In this document: positions 30,959-39,878 of the stretch, one piece after another | How positions within the stretch are numbered: the stretch's first letter is position 1 | Layout: each line of letters begins with the position of its first letter | Assembly (NCBI GenBank): GCA_013141315.1 | Contig: JABFRF010000120.1 | Coordinates: forward strand, 1-42,601 | Length of the DNA: 42,601 nucleotides | From: Gallionella sp. | GTDB taxonomy: Bacteria; Pseudomonadota; Gammaproteobacteria; Burkholderiales; Gallionellaceae | Reading direction: 5' to 3' | The notes under the pieces: generated by a model | Databases searched by the model: none | The model's input: only the letters and a program-made list of their open reading frames with translations | Told to the model about the DNA's origin: nothing | Made by a program: the position numbers and the translations under genes

Positions 30959-31087
30959 GGAAGCTCAGCAAATGACCGTTCGTGGTGAGTGTTTTTCGTT
31001 CGCTCCTTCGATACACCGCGCTAGGCGCGGCACTCAGGACGAACGAAAAATGTATCGAACCAAATTGGCGACTTTTGCAGAGCTTCC
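30959..31087. mobile_element. 129-bp MITE, copy 2
   Basis: TIR 13/15 match, TTAA on both flanks, nested internal hairpins. Confidence 0.9.
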
Positions 31088-31097
31088 TTAACTAGTA

Positions 31098-31153
31098 TTG
31101 CAATCAGCTTGCAACACTAGCTTCATTGAATTGCAACATTGCTTAACTATGCT
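31098..31153 (+). promoter_or_regulatory. putative PhoB-dependent promoter of CBS-GGDEF/olsA operon
   Basis: TTGCAAT, TTGCAAC, GCTTCAT, TTGCAAC at 31098/31109/31120/31131; TATGCT at 31148. Confidence 0.7.
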
Positions 31154-31184
31154 GGTGCAATCTGACACGCATAGGACATTGACC

Positions 31185-32228
31185 ATGGAAGCAAGTATTA
31201 AATATTCCTCAAGCACTACCCTCGGCTTTACCGTTGAGAGAATTTTACGTTTTGTTGAGCCCGTACTCCCTGAAACACCTGTCGAAACCCTATCCACCCT
31301 ATTTTCAGCAGATCACAGTCTGCGCGCCATCCCTGTCGTCAAAAATAGTTGCCCGGTGGGATTGATCCAGCGTTTTCAACTCGCAGACAAGTTTGCACAA
31401 CCGCAACACGTCGAGTTACTCGACAAAAGGCATTGCTCAGATTTAATGAATGCACAGCCCTTATTGGTGGAGAAATCCACGCCTATAGATGAAGTCAGTC
31501 AGTTCTTAAGCCAAACCGACATGCAGCAGTTTGTCGATAGTTTTATTATCACCGAACAAGGTCGCTACATCGGGCTAGGTACAAGCCAAGACCTGCTGCG
31601 TGAAATCACCCATTCACACATCTCAACTTCACGCCATGCCCATCCTTTAAGTAAGTTACCCGGCAGCGTACCCACTAACGAACATATCGAACATTTGCTT
31701 CAATCGGGGCTTTCCTTCGCCGTATGCTATGCCGATCTGGATCACCTTAAACCATTTAACGACAAATACGGGTATCACAAAGGAGATGAGCTGATTCAGT
31801 TCACCAGCAAACTACTCAGCCAAATTTGTGACCCAACACAGGACTTTATTGGGCATATCGGTGGCGATGATTTTATTTTCATTCTACAAAGTAAGGATTG
31901 GGAACAGCGTTGTCATCGCGCACTCGCTGCCTTTGCGCAAACTTCTTCAGGGCTATTTGACAAACAACACCGCGCGATGGGCGGCTATAAAATTGAGGAT
32001 AGGCAAAGCCGTATCGTCCACCACCCCTTACCCACCCTCTCCATAGGCGTGGTTTGGGTTACTCCTAAATTATTTGATTCACATTATGAAATTGTCGAAG
32101 CCGTCACAACCGCCAAAATTCTGGCGAAGAAGAAGCCCGGCAACAGTTTGTTTATTGAACGTCGTCACCCCAACTCCTACAAGGTAAGTGAAACGCAACG
32201 CCAGAATGCCGAGGTCTTTTATGGATAA
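31185..32228 (+). CDS. CBS-pair + GGDEF (GGDDF) domain protein
   Basis: CBS motifs (AIPVV...PVGLI; FIITEQGRYIG), YADLDHLKPFNDKYGY..GD, GHIGGDDF; ATG 31185 after AGGA. Confidence 0.88.
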   Translation: MEASIKYSSSTTLGFTVERILRFVEPVLPETPVETLSTLFSADHSLRAIPVVKNSCPVGLIQRFQLADKFAQPQHVELLDKRHCSDLMNAQPLLVEKSTPIDEVSQFLSQTDMQQFVDSFIITEQGRYIGLGTSQDLLREITHSHISTSRHAHPLSKLPGSVPTNEHIEHLLQSGLSFAVCYADLDHLKPFNDKYGYHKGDELIQFTSKLLSQICDPTQDFIGHIGGDDFIFILQSKDWEQRCHRALAAFAQTSSGLFDKQHRAMGGYKIEDRQSRIVHHPLPTLSIGVVWVTPKLFDSHYEIVEAVTTAKILAKKKPGNSLFIERRHPNSYKVSETQRQNAEVFYG

Positions 32229-33093
32229 GCCTTCATCAAATTGGCTGATTAGTTTATTGCGCATCACGCGACTTGCGATACATCTTACTTATGGCATGTT
32301 GCTGGCGGTCATTCACCCGCATCTCAATCAAGCTGGGCAAAGACGGATTTTGAAGCAATGGAGCAAGCAACTACTCGCCATTTTCAACATTGGCATTCAA
32401 ATTGAAGGGCTGCAACCCTCTCGAAGCGAATCAGGTTGCCTGATAATCGCCAATCACGTGTCGTGGCTGGATATATTTGTCGTGAACGCCATTCATCCCT
32501 CACGCTTCATCGCCAAGTCAGAAGTGCGTGAGTGGCCTATCATTGGCTGGCTATGCAAACGCAGCGGCACAATATTTATTGACCGCGCATTACGCCAAAA
32601 AACTTCTGCCGCTAACTTGCGCATCAGCCTGTTGCTCGAACGGGGAACGTGTGTCGGGCTTTTTCCCGAAGGCACAACGACAGACGGCAAGCAGGTTGGC
32701 CATTTCCACTCTTCACTTATCCAACCCGCAATTGATGCAAACGCAAGAATATTTCCCATTGCGCTGCGCTACCAAGATGATGATGGTGAAGCAAATACGG
32801 CAGCTCCTTTCATCGGTGATACCACGCTAGTGCAATCTATCTGGCGGATTATCCGTTGCTCACACCTCAACGCCTTAGTGGTATTCACGCCCGGGCTATC
32901 GACTGCTGATATGGGTCGTCGTGTGTTGGCGCGCGCAGCACAAGATTCAATTGCACAAGCTTTACAAACAATAGGCACGACCCGACATGAGCCTGAATAT
33001 CAGTCTGAGCCAGACTTCTCAAGCCCCAGAATCTCAGCACAATCCAGCTACGCTTTATTAGTCGATCCACTATTGAATCATCAAACCAAGTAG
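32221..33093 (+). CDS. lysophospholipid acyltransferase, probable lyso-ornithine lipid O-acyltransferase (OlsA-like)
   Basis: NHVSWLD, FIAKSEV..WP, FPEGTT; adjacent to OlsB-like gene; 8-bp overlap with GGDEF gene. Confidence 0.82.
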   Translation: MDKPSSNWLISLLRITRLAIHLTYGMLLAVIHPHLNQAGQRRILKQWSKQLLAIFNIGIQIEGLQPSRSESGCLIIANHVSWLDIFVVNAIHPSRFIAKSEVREWPIIGWLCKRSGTIFIDRALRQKTSAANLRISLLLERGTCVGLFPEGTTTDGKQVGHFHSSLIQPAIDANARIFPIALRYQDDDGEANTAAPFIGDTTLVQSIWRIIRCSHLNALVVFTPGLSTADMGRRVLARAAQDSIAQALQTIGTTRHEPEYQSEPDFSSPRISAQSSYALLVDPLLNHQTK

Positions 33094-33094
33094 A

Positions 33095-33150
33095 AATTCA
33101 CACTTTCTTCACATTCCCGTCATCGCGCTGCAACACAGCCTCCCTAATCT
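33095..33150 (+). promoter_or_regulatory. putative PhoB-dependent promoter of olsB-like gene
   Basis: AATTCAC, TCTTCAC, CCGTCAT, CTGCAAC at 33095/33106/33117/33128; TAATCT at 33145. Confidence 0.7.
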
Positions 33151-33184
33151 ACACGCATCTTTAATCACTCAAAAAGAGGATGCG

Positions 33185-33934
33185 ATGCTAGAACTCAACC
33201 GCCAACCCCAAGCAGTCACTCACCGGCAATTAACCACCAGCCTCGCACACAGCGAAGCAGAAATCCTTGAAGCACAACGTTTGCGCTACAAAGTATTCGG
33301 CGAGGAAATGGGCGCGACACTAGCCAGCGCGAAAGAAGGCATAGACCGCGATATTTACGATAAATATTGCGAACATTTATTGGTACGTGAAAGTGAAGAA
33401 AGCAAAGTTATCGGCACGTATCGCATCCTGTCGCCCGATCAGGCCAAAAAAATTGGCGGCTATTATTCTCAGACCGAATTTGATTTAACCCGTCTCATGC
33501 ACCTCAGCGACCGCATGGTGGAAGTCGGCCGTTCATGCGTGCATCGGGATCATCGCGATGGTGCGACCATTACTCAATTGTGGGGAGGACTTGCGCAATA
33601 TATGCAGCAACACAACCATGAATATCTGATTGGCTGCGCCAGCATCAGCATGGCGGATGGTGGCCATGTGGCGGCAAGCATCTACCGCAAGTTACATCGC
33701 CTCTATTCCGCACCCACCGAATACACGGTATTTCCCCGTTACCCATTACCACTGCATGCACTCAATCAATTACTCGATGCGCCGATTCCGCCATTGCTAA
33801 AAGGCTATTTGCGACTAGGCGCGTATATCTGTGGCGCTCCTGCTTGGGATCCGGAATTCAATACTGCCGACCTGCTGATCCTATTACCCATGTCTCGCAT
33901 GAGTAGCCGCTATGCAAAACATTTTCTGAAATAG
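33185..33934 (+). CDS. olsB: GNAT-family N-acyltransferase, ornithine lipid synthase OlsB-like
   Basis: AQRLRY.VF..E.GA, D.YD..C.HL, VGRSCVH, PPLLKGYLRLGA..CG.PA.DPEFNTAD. Confidence 0.85.
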   Translation: MLELNRQPQAVTHRQLTTSLAHSEAEILEAQRLRYKVFGEEMGATLASAKEGIDRDIYDKYCEHLLVRESEESKVIGTYRILSPDQAKKIGGYYSQTEFDLTRLMHLSDRMVEVGRSCVHRDHRDGATITQLWGGLAQYMQQHNHEYLIGCASISMADGGHVAASIYRKLHRLYSAPTEYTVFPRYPLPLHALNQLLDAPIPPLLKGYLRLGAYICGAPAWDPEFNTADLLILLPMSRMSSRYAKHFLK

Positions 33935-33958
33935 CTGGGTATCCATAAGGGCTAGCCT

Positions 33959-34014
33959 TTGTAACCTTAACGTTATATTTCGTTCATCAAACTGTAACAG
34001 TTGATATTTATTAT
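33959..34014 (+). promoter_or_regulatory. putative PhoB-dependent promoter of porin
   Basis: TTGTAAC, ACGTTAT, CGTTCAT, CTGTAAC at 33959/33970/33981/33992; TATTAT at 34009. Confidence 0.72.
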
Positions 34015-34126
34015 CCCGTCCGTCGCAATCAGGCGGCTTTGATGAAACCACATAAGTATTGGACTAATGCGCGAAGAAGCTGCGCCTAAGCCACTACTAA
34101 ATATAAATGACTAGGAGAGTTTAACA

Positions 34127-35326
34127 ATGCAAAAAAAACTAATCGTTGTCGCACTGGCTGCGGCGTTCACCTTGCCTGTAGCGGCGCATGCTGAGAACGG
34201 CAACTTCAATTTTTATGGCGTGGCTGACCTGTCATATGACATGGTTAATACTGGGGACGGCACAACCAAAGCTAATGGCACAACTGCTACCTCAGGAACA
34301 AGCAAGGGCGTAGTGTCTAGCAACGTATCTAAATTTGGTTTCAAAGGAACTGAAGATTTGGGCGATGGCTTGTCTGCAAATTGGCAAGTTGAGCAGCAAA
34401 TTAACATCGACGATGCCGCGAAAAATACATTCGCTAGCCGCAACACATTCGTGAATTTGAAGAGCGAAAAATTGGGTACTGTGTTGTTCGGTACCAATGA
34501 CACGCCTTACAAATTTGCGTCACGCAAGCTGGATCCGTTTGGGGACAACATCGGCGACAATCGCGCTTTGTTGGGCAACAATATCAATGAACTGGTACCG
34601 GCTACAAAGGCCACAGTAACAGTGCCCTCAACTCCAGGAACTTACACAATTACCGATGCTAAAGCTGCTGTTAAAAATCTGGGCTTCGAGCTTCGCCCGA
34701 ACAATATCTTCATGTACACCACGCCAACCTTTTCAGGGTTCAACGCAGCCGTTGCGATGGTTAATTTAAAAGAAGCAAACACACTGAGCAGTGACAAAAA
34801 AGATGACTTAACTAGCTTCGCGGTCATGTATGACGTTGCACCATTCTATGGCTCAGTAGCACATGAAGTTCATAAGCTGGAGTCTGTTGCCGCAGGAGAC
34901 GAAGAGTCTGCTAGCCGCGCTGGTTTCGGTTACAAACCTGAAGATCAGCCATTTGAATTAGGCGCTATTTACGAAAAAACTAATGACAATTTTGGCTCAG
35001 CCCAAGCAAATGCGTTTGGCCACAAGACAGCTTATGTAAGTGGCAAATACCTCATGGGTAATAACGCAATTAAGTTGGGTTATACAAAGACAGGCAACTT
35101 TGCTGGGCTGGCTGGAACCACGACCGATAGCGGCGCAACGCAAGTGTCTGTTGGTTATGACCACGGCTTGAGCAAGCGCACCAAGCTGTATGCTCTGTAC
35201 ACCAAAATCACCAATGGCAAAGGTGCTAATTACGGCTTCTCACAAAGCTCCGGTGCTGCTAGCACAACTTCAGGCTTCGGCACATCACCTTCTGTTGTGT
35301 CTTTGGGTGTAAAGCACACGTTCTAA
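34127..35326 (+). CDS. Gram-negative trimeric porin (Porin_4 type)
   Basis: Signal peptide, S.FGFKG.EDLGDGL.A.WQVE, LSKRT.LYA, C-terminal GVKHTF. Confidence 0.93.
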   Translation: MQKKLIVVALAAAFTLPVAAHAENGNFNFYGVADLSYDMVNTGDGTTKANGTTATSGTSKGVVSSNVSKFGFKGTEDLGDGLSANWQVEQQINIDDAAKNTFASRNTFVNLKSEKLGTVLFGTNDTPYKFASRKLDPFGDNIGDNRALLGNNINELVPATKATVTVPSTPGTYTITDAKAAVKNLGFELRPNNIFMYTTPTFSGFNAAVAMVNLKEANTLSSDKKDDLTSFAVMYDVAPFYGSVAHEVHKLESVAAGDEESASRAGFGYKPEDQPFELGAIYEKTNDNFGSAQANAFGHKTAYVSGKYLMGNNAIKLGYTKTGNFAGLAGTTTDSGATQVSVGYDHGLSKRTKLYALYTKITNGKGANYGFSQSSGAASTTSGFGTSPSVVSLGVKHTF

Positions 35327-35379
35327 GTTTGGTTATACCGTGTAGAAGGCATTCGTTTTTAATACGCTCAGGGAACAAC

Positions 35380-35409
35380 AAACGGGCATCTTCGGATGTC
35401 CGTTTTTTT
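35380..35409 (+). terminator. intrinsic terminator of porin gene
   Basis: AAACGGGCATC-TTCG-GATGTCCGTTTTTTT. Confidence 0.85.
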
Positions 35410-35420
35410 ATTTCTTAATC

Positions 35421-35476
35421 GTAGGAGCGGCTTTAGCCGCGAAATCAAAAAACATCGCGGCTAAAGCCGCTCCTAC
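35421..35476. repeat. GTAG-family REP doublet (REPIN)
   Basis: GTAGGAGCGGCTTTAGCCGCGA and its perfect reverse complement separated by 12 bp. Confidence 0.9.
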
Positions 35477-35499
35477 ATCCGACAGATTTAACCCGCATT

Positions 35500-36531
35500 T
35501 CAGCTATTCTGCTTTTCAAGCTCATACCACCGCCGGGATTGATTGGCGATTTTCACCACCAGCAACATCACCGGCACTTCAATCAGCACTCCTACCACTG
35601 TCGCCAATGCCGCACCTGATTGAAAGCCGAACAGGCTAATCGCAGTTGCAACGGCGAGTTCAAAAAAGTTGCTTGCACCTATCAAGGCAGAAGGAGCTGC
35701 CACGCAATGCACCACACCCAAACGACGATTCAACCAGTAGGCCAAACCGGAATTGAACAGCACTTGAATCAAGATTGGCACGGCGAGCATGGCAATTACC
35801 AAGGGTTGAGAAACGATGGCATTGCCCTGTAAGGCAAACAACAACACCAGTGTCAGTAATAATGCACTCATTGAAAATGGCGCGATGTTAGCCAAAGTTT
35901 GGTTAAAGGAGGATTCACCCTTTGCCAACAATCGCCCTCTAAGTAATTGCGCAATGATGACCGGTATCACAATGTAAAAAATCACTGAGAAAAACAAAGT
36001 TGCCCAAGGGATAGCGATGCTGGCGATGCCTAGCAACAAAGCCACCAAAGGTGCGAAGGCAAATATCATGATTGCATCATTAAGCGCCACTTGCGACAAA
36101 GTAAATAACGGATCGCCTTTCACCAGATTGCTCCACACGAACACCATTGCGGTACACGGCGCGGCGGCAAGCAAAATCAATCCCGCGATGTAACTGTCGA
36201 GTTGATCTTGTGGCAAAGAATCGGCAAACACATGACGGATAAATAACCAGCCTAAAAACGCCATCGAGAAAGGCTTGACTGCCCAGTTCACGAATAGCGT
36301 GACACCAATCCCGCGACTATGTTGCTTGACCTGATGCAAGGCACCGAAGTCGATGCGTAACAACATGGGGATAATCATCACCCACACCAATACACCTACT
36401 GGGATGTTGACGTGCGCCACTTCCAAACTGGCTAGTGCATGGAACACTTTTGGAAGAAATTGCCCAAGCAATACACCAACAACGATACACAGGAATACCC
36501 ATACCGTAAGATAACGTTCAAACAAATTCAT
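35500..36531 (-). CDS. acr3: ACR3-family arsenite efflux transporter
   Basis: FERYLT.WV, NWAVKPFSM, AAPCTAMVFVWS, GASNFFELAVA. Confidence 0.96.
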   Translation of the reverse strand: MNLFERYLTVWVFLCIVVGVLLGQFLPKVFHALASLEVAHVNIPVGVLVWVMIIPMLLRIDFGALHQVKQHSRGIGVTLFVNWAVKPFSMAFLGWLFIRHVFADSLPQDQLDSYIAGLILLAAAPCTAMVFVWSNLVKGDPLFTLSQVALNDAIMIFAFAPLVALLLGIASIAIPWATLFFSVIFYIVIPVIIAQLLRGRLLAKGESSFNQTLANIAPFSMSALLLTLVLLFALQGNAIVSQPLVIAMLAVPILIQVLFNSGLAYWLNRRLGVVHCVAAPSALIGASNFFELAVATAISLFGFQSGAALATVVGVLIEVPVMLLVVKIANQSRRWYELEKQNS

Positions 36532-36559
36532 ACAATTTCTCCACTTAACTCAAAGCACC

Positions 36560-36682
36560 GTCATTCCCGCGAAAGCGGGAATCAAGTTAATTAAACAATC
36601 CTCGCGTAGCGAGGCAAACCATCTGTGTCGTCCGCTGTACGGAGATTTTGAACTGCTGGATTCCCGCTTTCGCGGGAATGAC
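36560..36682. repeat. 123-bp REP/dRS3-like palindromic element, copy 2
   Basis: GTCATTCCCGCGAAAGCGGGAATC ... GATTCCCGCTTTCGCGGGAATGAC with two inner hairpins. Confidence 0.93.
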
Positions 36683-36701
36683 GAAGCGTCGATTTATTTC
36701 T

Positions 36702-37199
36702 TCAATCTTGAATACGACCAATTTCTGTGAGCTTTCCTTTCAAGGTAAGCGCGTCCAATTTCTCAATCGGTAAATTCATAAAAAGTTGGATGCGTCGCGC
36801 CAACTGGTCAGCGGCTTTGTTAAAAGCGACTCGCCTCGCATCATCTCCTTCAATGTGCGCAGGATCAGGAATACCCCAGTGCGCAGTCATCGGATGTCCC
36901 AACCATATTGGGCAAGCCTCTCCCGCCGCGTTGTCGCAGACGGTAAAAATAAAATCGAACTTGGGCGCTTCAGGTGTGGCAAATTCATCCCAACTTTTGC
37001 TGCGCAATCCATCAATGCTGTGTCCATTTTTTTGCAACCATTCCAGCGCGCCGGGATTCACCTTTCCAGCTGGCTTGCTCCCCGCGCTGTATGCTTTGAA
37101 CTTTCCTTTACTCAGGGTATTAAACAGCACTTCACCCAAAACACTGCGTGCCGAATTGCCGGTGCACAACACCAGTACGTTATATTGTTTTTCACTCAT
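36702..37199 (-). CDS. arsC: arsenate reductase (LMW-PTP fold)
   Basis: CTGNSARS P-loop, TVCDNAAGEACP, HWGIPDP; between arsR and acr3. Confidence 0.93.
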   Translation of the reverse strand: MSEKQYNVLVLCTGNSARSVLGEVLFNTLSKGKFKAYSAGSKPAGKVNPGALEWLQKNGHSIDGLRSKSWDEFATPEAPKFDFIFTVCDNAAGEACPIWLGHPMTAHWGIPDPAHIEGDDARRVAFNKAADQLARRIQLFMNLPIEKLDALTLKGKLTEIGRIQD

Positions 37200-37222
37200 T
37201 TGAATTTCACCTTACTTAAATA

Positions 37223-37546
37223 TCAACATTTTTTACTCGGCACATTGCAAGCTTCTGCGTTCCCGCCGCAACAGTTTTCAGTCAGATAATCCACCATGCC
37301 ATTCATCACCGTAAAATTTGCGGTGTAGTAGATAAATCGTCCATCCTGCCTACTCTCGATCAACCCTGCATAGCTCAGCGTTTTGAAATGGAAGGACATC
37401 GTTGCAGGAGACACTTTCAACTTCTCTGCCACCTGCCCTGCTGCCATTCCTTCATGTCCATTCACGACCAGCAGTCGAAATATTGCAAGCCGGGTAGGTT
37501 GCGCCAATGCCGATAAAGCCTTTACCACTTGGGCTGATTTAATCAT
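37223..37546 (-). CDS. arsR: ArsR-family repressor
   Basis: ALAQPTRLAIFRLL...SFH.K.L..AGLI...ENCCGG..C. Confidence 0.93.
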   Translation of the reverse strand: MIKSAQVVKALSALAQPTRLAIFRLLVVNGHEGMAAGQVAEKLKVSPATMSFHFKTLSYAGLIESRQDGRFIYYTANFTVMNGMVDYLTENCCGGNAEACNVPSKKC

Positions 37547-37666
37547 TATATATTTCCACTATTAAACAATTATGAAACTAAAAGTCGTCATTTAATCACG
37601 CCCAATACCAAATCGCAAAATGGTTAGCCAATATCGATAAAATCGCCCACCATAAATACCCATAAA

Positions 37667-37700
37667 CTGTAATAATCCTGTAACACAACCGACATAACAT
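37667..37700 (+). promoter_or_regulatory. Pho box and -10 of pstS promoter
   Basis: CTGTAATAATCCTGTAAC resembles CTGTCAT-N4-CTGTCAY; TAACAT 10 bp downstream. Confidence 0.8.
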
Positions 37701-37770
37701 GCCCTTCGCAATAAGATATTGTTGATTCAAATAACACCCAGCAGCACTTAATTCAATGGAGATATATTTA

Positions 37771-38820
37771 ATGAATAGCAAACTCAAGCAACTCATCATC
37801 GGCATCACAGCTGCTACTGCGGTGGCTTACGCTGGCGCAAGTTTGGCGGTTAACATCACCGGTGCAGGCGCAACTTTCCCTTACCCTGTTTATGCTAAAT
37901 GGGCAGAAGCATATAAAGCCGCAACCGGCACTGAAATGAATTACCAGTCGATAGGCTCTGGCGGCGGCATCAAACAAATCCAAGCTAAAACCGTGGATTT
38001 CGGTGCAACGGATGCGCCTATGAATCCTAACGAACTGGCACTGGGCGGCTTTGCTCAGTTCCCAACAGTCATCGGCGGCGTAGTGCCAGTGGTTAACATC
38101 GCTGGCGTAGCAGCGGGTCAATTAAAATTAGACAGTAAAGTGCTGGTTGATATTTACATGGGTAAGATCACCAAGTGGAATGATCCACGCATCGTTGCAG
38201 ACAACGCGGGCGTAGCTTTGCCAGATCAAGCGATCACCGTAGTTCACCGCGCTGATGGCTCTGGCACAACGTTCATCTTCACCACTTACTTGTCGCAAGT
38301 AAGTTTGGATTGGAAACGTAGTGTAGGCGGCGATAAAGCTGTGTCTTGGCCTGCAGGTACCGGTGGCAAGGGCAACGAAGGAGTAGCCTCTTATGTGCAA
38401 CGCATCAAGGGGGCAATCGGCTATGTGGAATATGCTTACGCCTTACAAAACAAGATGGCCTATGCACAAATGAAAAACCGCGACGGTCAGTTTGTTTCAC
38501 CTAACGATGTTAGTTTCAAGGCTGCTGCTGCAAATGCCAAGTGGGAAAAAGACAATGGCTTCTACGAAATCCTAACCAACGAACCGGGCAAAGAAAGCTG
38601 GCCTATCACTGGCGCAACGTTCATTTTGGTTCCTAAAGCACCAGAAAAAATCGAAAGCGCCAAAGAAGTATTGAAATTCTTTGATTGGGCTTACGCAAAT
38701 GGCGACAAGCTAGCTTCTGATTTAGATTACGTGCCACTTCCAGCTAACGTTGTCACGATGATCCACGATGCATGGAAAACACAAATCAAAGACGCAAGCG
38801 GCAAAGCAATCTGGAAATAA
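37771..38820 (+). CDS. pstS: phosphate ABC transporter binding protein
   Basis: GAGATFPYP, YQSIGSGGG, RADGSGTTFIFT, KGNEGV; ATG 37771 after GGAG. Confidence 0.98.
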   Translation: MNSKLKQLIIGITAATAVAYAGASLAVNITGAGATFPYPVYAKWAEAYKAATGTEMNYQSIGSGGGIKQIQAKTVDFGATDAPMNPNELALGGFAQFPTVIGGVVPVVNIAGVAAGQLKLDSKVLVDIYMGKITKWNDPRIVADNAGVALPDQAITVVHRADGSGTTFIFTTYLSQVSLDWKRSVGGDKAVSWPAGTGGKGNEGVASYVQRIKGAIGYVEYAYALQNKMAYAQMKNRDGQFVSPNDVSFKAAAANAKWEKDNGFYEILTNEPGKESWPITGATFILVPKAPEKIESAKEVLKFFDWAYANGDKLASDLDYVPLPANVVTMIHDAWKTQIKDASGKAIWK

Positions 38821-38858
38821 GCTTACAGCGCGTAACAAAAACGACACATCATTAAGTT

Positions 38859-38890
38859 ATAATTGCGGGAGCTGATGCTCCCGCAATTAT
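38859..38890 (+). terminator. pstS-pstC intergenic stem-loop (partial terminator / mRNA stabiliser)
   Basis: Perfect 14-bp stem ATAATTGCGGGAGC-TGAT-GCTCCCGCAATTAT. Confidence 0.75.
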
Positions 38891-38911
38891 TTTAACCAAG
38901 CAATCTTAACT

Positions 38912-39874
38912 ATGCCGATGTTTTCACTCGAAGCACGCCTAAAACGCCAAGCAGTGCTAGATATGCTATTTCGCACGCTGACACGTATATCGGCCTTTAG
39001 TGTATTGGCTTTGTTGGCGGCAATTATTTTTTCTCTAGTGGTGGGCAGCATGCCTGCCATTCATGCATTTGGCTTTGGCTTCCTGACCAGCCCGGAATGG
39101 GATCCGGTCAATGATAAATTTGGTGCATTGATTCCTATCGTCGGCACACTCATCACTTCTGGCATCGCATTGCTGATTGCAATCCCGGTCAGTTTTGGTA
39201 TCGCCATTTTTCTCACCGAACTATCACCACGAATTTTGCGCCGTCCGCTCGGCATTGCCATTGAGCTACTTGCAGGTATCCCCAGCATTATTTACGGCAT
39301 GTGGGGATTGTTCGTTTTTGTACCTGTATTCGCCGATCATGTTGAGCCGTGGCTCAATGACCACCTCGGCGTTATGCCCTACATTGGCCCCTTATTTTCA
39401 GGACCTCCAATGGGTATCGGCATTCTTACCGCCAGCATCATTTTGTCGATTATGGTGATTCCGTTTATCACCTCGGTGATGCGCGATGTATTTGATGTTG
39501 TGCCAACTTTACTCAAAGAATCTGCTTACGGTTTGGGTGCAACCACATGGGAAGTCATGTGGCGCATCGTGTTGCCTTACACCAAAGTCGGCGTGGCAGG
39601 CGGCATCATGCTGGGTCTCGGTCGAGCACTCGGCGAAACCATGGCGGTGACCTTTGTCATTGGTAATGCACATGAGCTCACCAAATCGCTGTTGATGCCG
39701 GGCAATAGCATCTCCTCTGCGCTTGCTAATGAATTCACCGAAGCGGTAGGCGAGCTATACACTTCATCTCTTATTGAACTCGGCTTGATATTATTCTTCA
39801 TTACTTTCGTGGTCTTATCCATCGCACGATTCATGCTCTACAAGCTGGGACAGCGCGAAGGACAGGCGGCTTAA
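38912..39874 (+). CDS. pstC: phosphate ABC transporter permease
   Basis: [35 protein letters not shown]. Confidence 0.97.
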   Translation: MPMFSLEARLKRQAVLDMLFRTLTRISAFSVLALLAAIIFSLVVGSMPAIHAFGFGFLTSPEWDPVNDKFGALIPIVGTLITSGIALLIAIPVSFGIAIFLTELSPRILRRPLGIAIELLAGIPSIIYGMWGLFVFVPVFADHVEPWLNDHLGVMPYIGPLFSGPPMGIGILTASIILSIMVIPFITSVMRDVFDVVPTLLKESAYGLGATTWEVMWRIVLPYTKVGVAGGIMLGLGRALGETMAVTFVIGNAHELTKSLLMPGNSISSALANEFTEAVGELYTSSLIELGLILFFITFVVLSIARFMLYKLGQREGQAA

Positions 39875-39878
39875 AACG

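Noticed and set aside
6744-36682. CRISPR array from the palindromic repeats
   Set aside because: Repeats are dispersed inverted pairs, not regularly spaced direct repeats; no cas genes
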